Of a stretch of 64,000 nucleotides of DNA, positions 63,028 to 64,000 are shown one piece after another (position 1 is the first letter of the stretch; every line of letters starts with the position of its first letter). The notes beneath the pieces were generated by a model. The model was given only the letters and a program-made list of their open reading frames with translations. It had not been told where the DNA came from and did no database searches. The translations under genes were made by a program, and so were the position numbers. This DNA is from Mytilus edulis. Lineage: Eukaryota. The DNA lies in NCBI RefSeq assembly GCF_963676685.1, contig NC_092349.1, positions 13,206,001 through 13,270,000 on the forward strand, given 5' to 3'.

Positions 63028-64000
63028 ATTTTTCCTTTTGAACGAATTGTTTAATTCAGGTCTTGGTGGAGATTACATAAAAGAGAATAAAGGAACAAAT
63101 CTTCTGACAAATGAATATAAACTAATTTTTAACGGAGAAAAAGAGAGCAAAAAAAAAAAGAATAGTGAGAAATGAAGTGCTTATATATATTGAATAGAAA
63201 TTTAAAGTCAAAAATATAACGAAAGTACCTACAATATTTAAGAACACAAAGATGAAGGAAGCCCCCCAAAAAATAAGCAAAATACCTTCTTACTGGAATT
63301 AGAATACCACGACAGTATTTAAAAAGATGATAACTTAAAAAGACGGTATACAAATTTTCCAATGAAATGTTAATTCTTAACATTTGTAGATGACTATTTT
63401 CGTATGAGCAATTACACGTCTCAGTGTAGTCTCGTTACATTTAAAGGTTGTAATAAACGCTAAAATTCATGTAGGTTTTAACCAAAAAAGTATTTAAAAA
63501 AAATAAAAAAAATTCTACAAATATATCAATAAAATATCAATAAAATATCGCCATGCCTACCTGACTTGCAATTCGTAGTCATTTTTAACCTTCCATTAGT
63601 TCCGGCAATTGTGTCTCATGTTGCAGAGTCAACCGATTTATGAATAGATATATATTTGTTTTTAATTATCATTTTCGAACATTATGCAGTTGTAATCATA
63701 GTGTCATAAATATTTTATAACCTTAGTGCAGTTCCAATACCTCAGAGAAATCAATGTTCTAAGTTTCAGTATCGAGTTTTCAAATCCTTTGGGGTTTAAC
63801 ATTATTTGTTATCTAATGGTGTTCAATTATTTTGCTGATAATTTCTCAGATTAAATGGTACCATACACCTTGATAAAATTTATTAAGCTCGTTTTATTTT
63901 CATAACATTTTGACAAAATCTTTATTCAACACTTTGAAATAAACTTTAAAAATCAAAACTTGAACAACATACTTTATCGGAAAAATTTCACTAGATATTT

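Noticed and set aside
1-64000. Remaining short ORFs in the six-frame track
   Set aside because: 60-130 aa, low-complexity and F/L/I/K-rich as expected from AT-rich or repeat DNA, or antisense to real exons; no recognisable domains.

Overview
AT-rich eukaryotic (metazoan) genomic DNA, most likely from a mytilid bivalve (inferred from the repeat families, not proven). Genes: (1) an intact two-coding-exon K2P/TWiK-family potassium channel on the minus strand (CDS 59037-58374 + 56582-55912, 444 aa); (2) an apparently intact plus-strand gene encoding an atypical SUEL/RBL lectin domain plus 3 EGF-like domains (exons 37547-40158; first exon not found, terminal exon uncertain); (3) its divergently oriented paralog on the minus strand (6644-699), which carries frameshifts, a stop and a lost splice acceptor. 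The rest is largely repeat: Penelope-like (Naiad-type) RT elements, a CR1-group LINE fragment with a 10-bp TSD, a tRNA-headed SINE sharing the LINE 3' tail, Helentron-type HINEs, MITEs, a CACTG-ended element with a 6-bp TSD, and tandem/segmental duplications. The most striking signal is RNA structure that the ORF track does not show. There are many minimal type I hammerhead ribozyme motifs (retrozyme-like, about 356-bp units). The 3' UTRs of the Penelope-like elements contain a circularly permuted (type-P5-like) twister-ribozyme fold with compensatory base changes, about 130 nt downstream of a decayed hammerhead. All ribozyme calls are by-eye structural matches; activity is untested.
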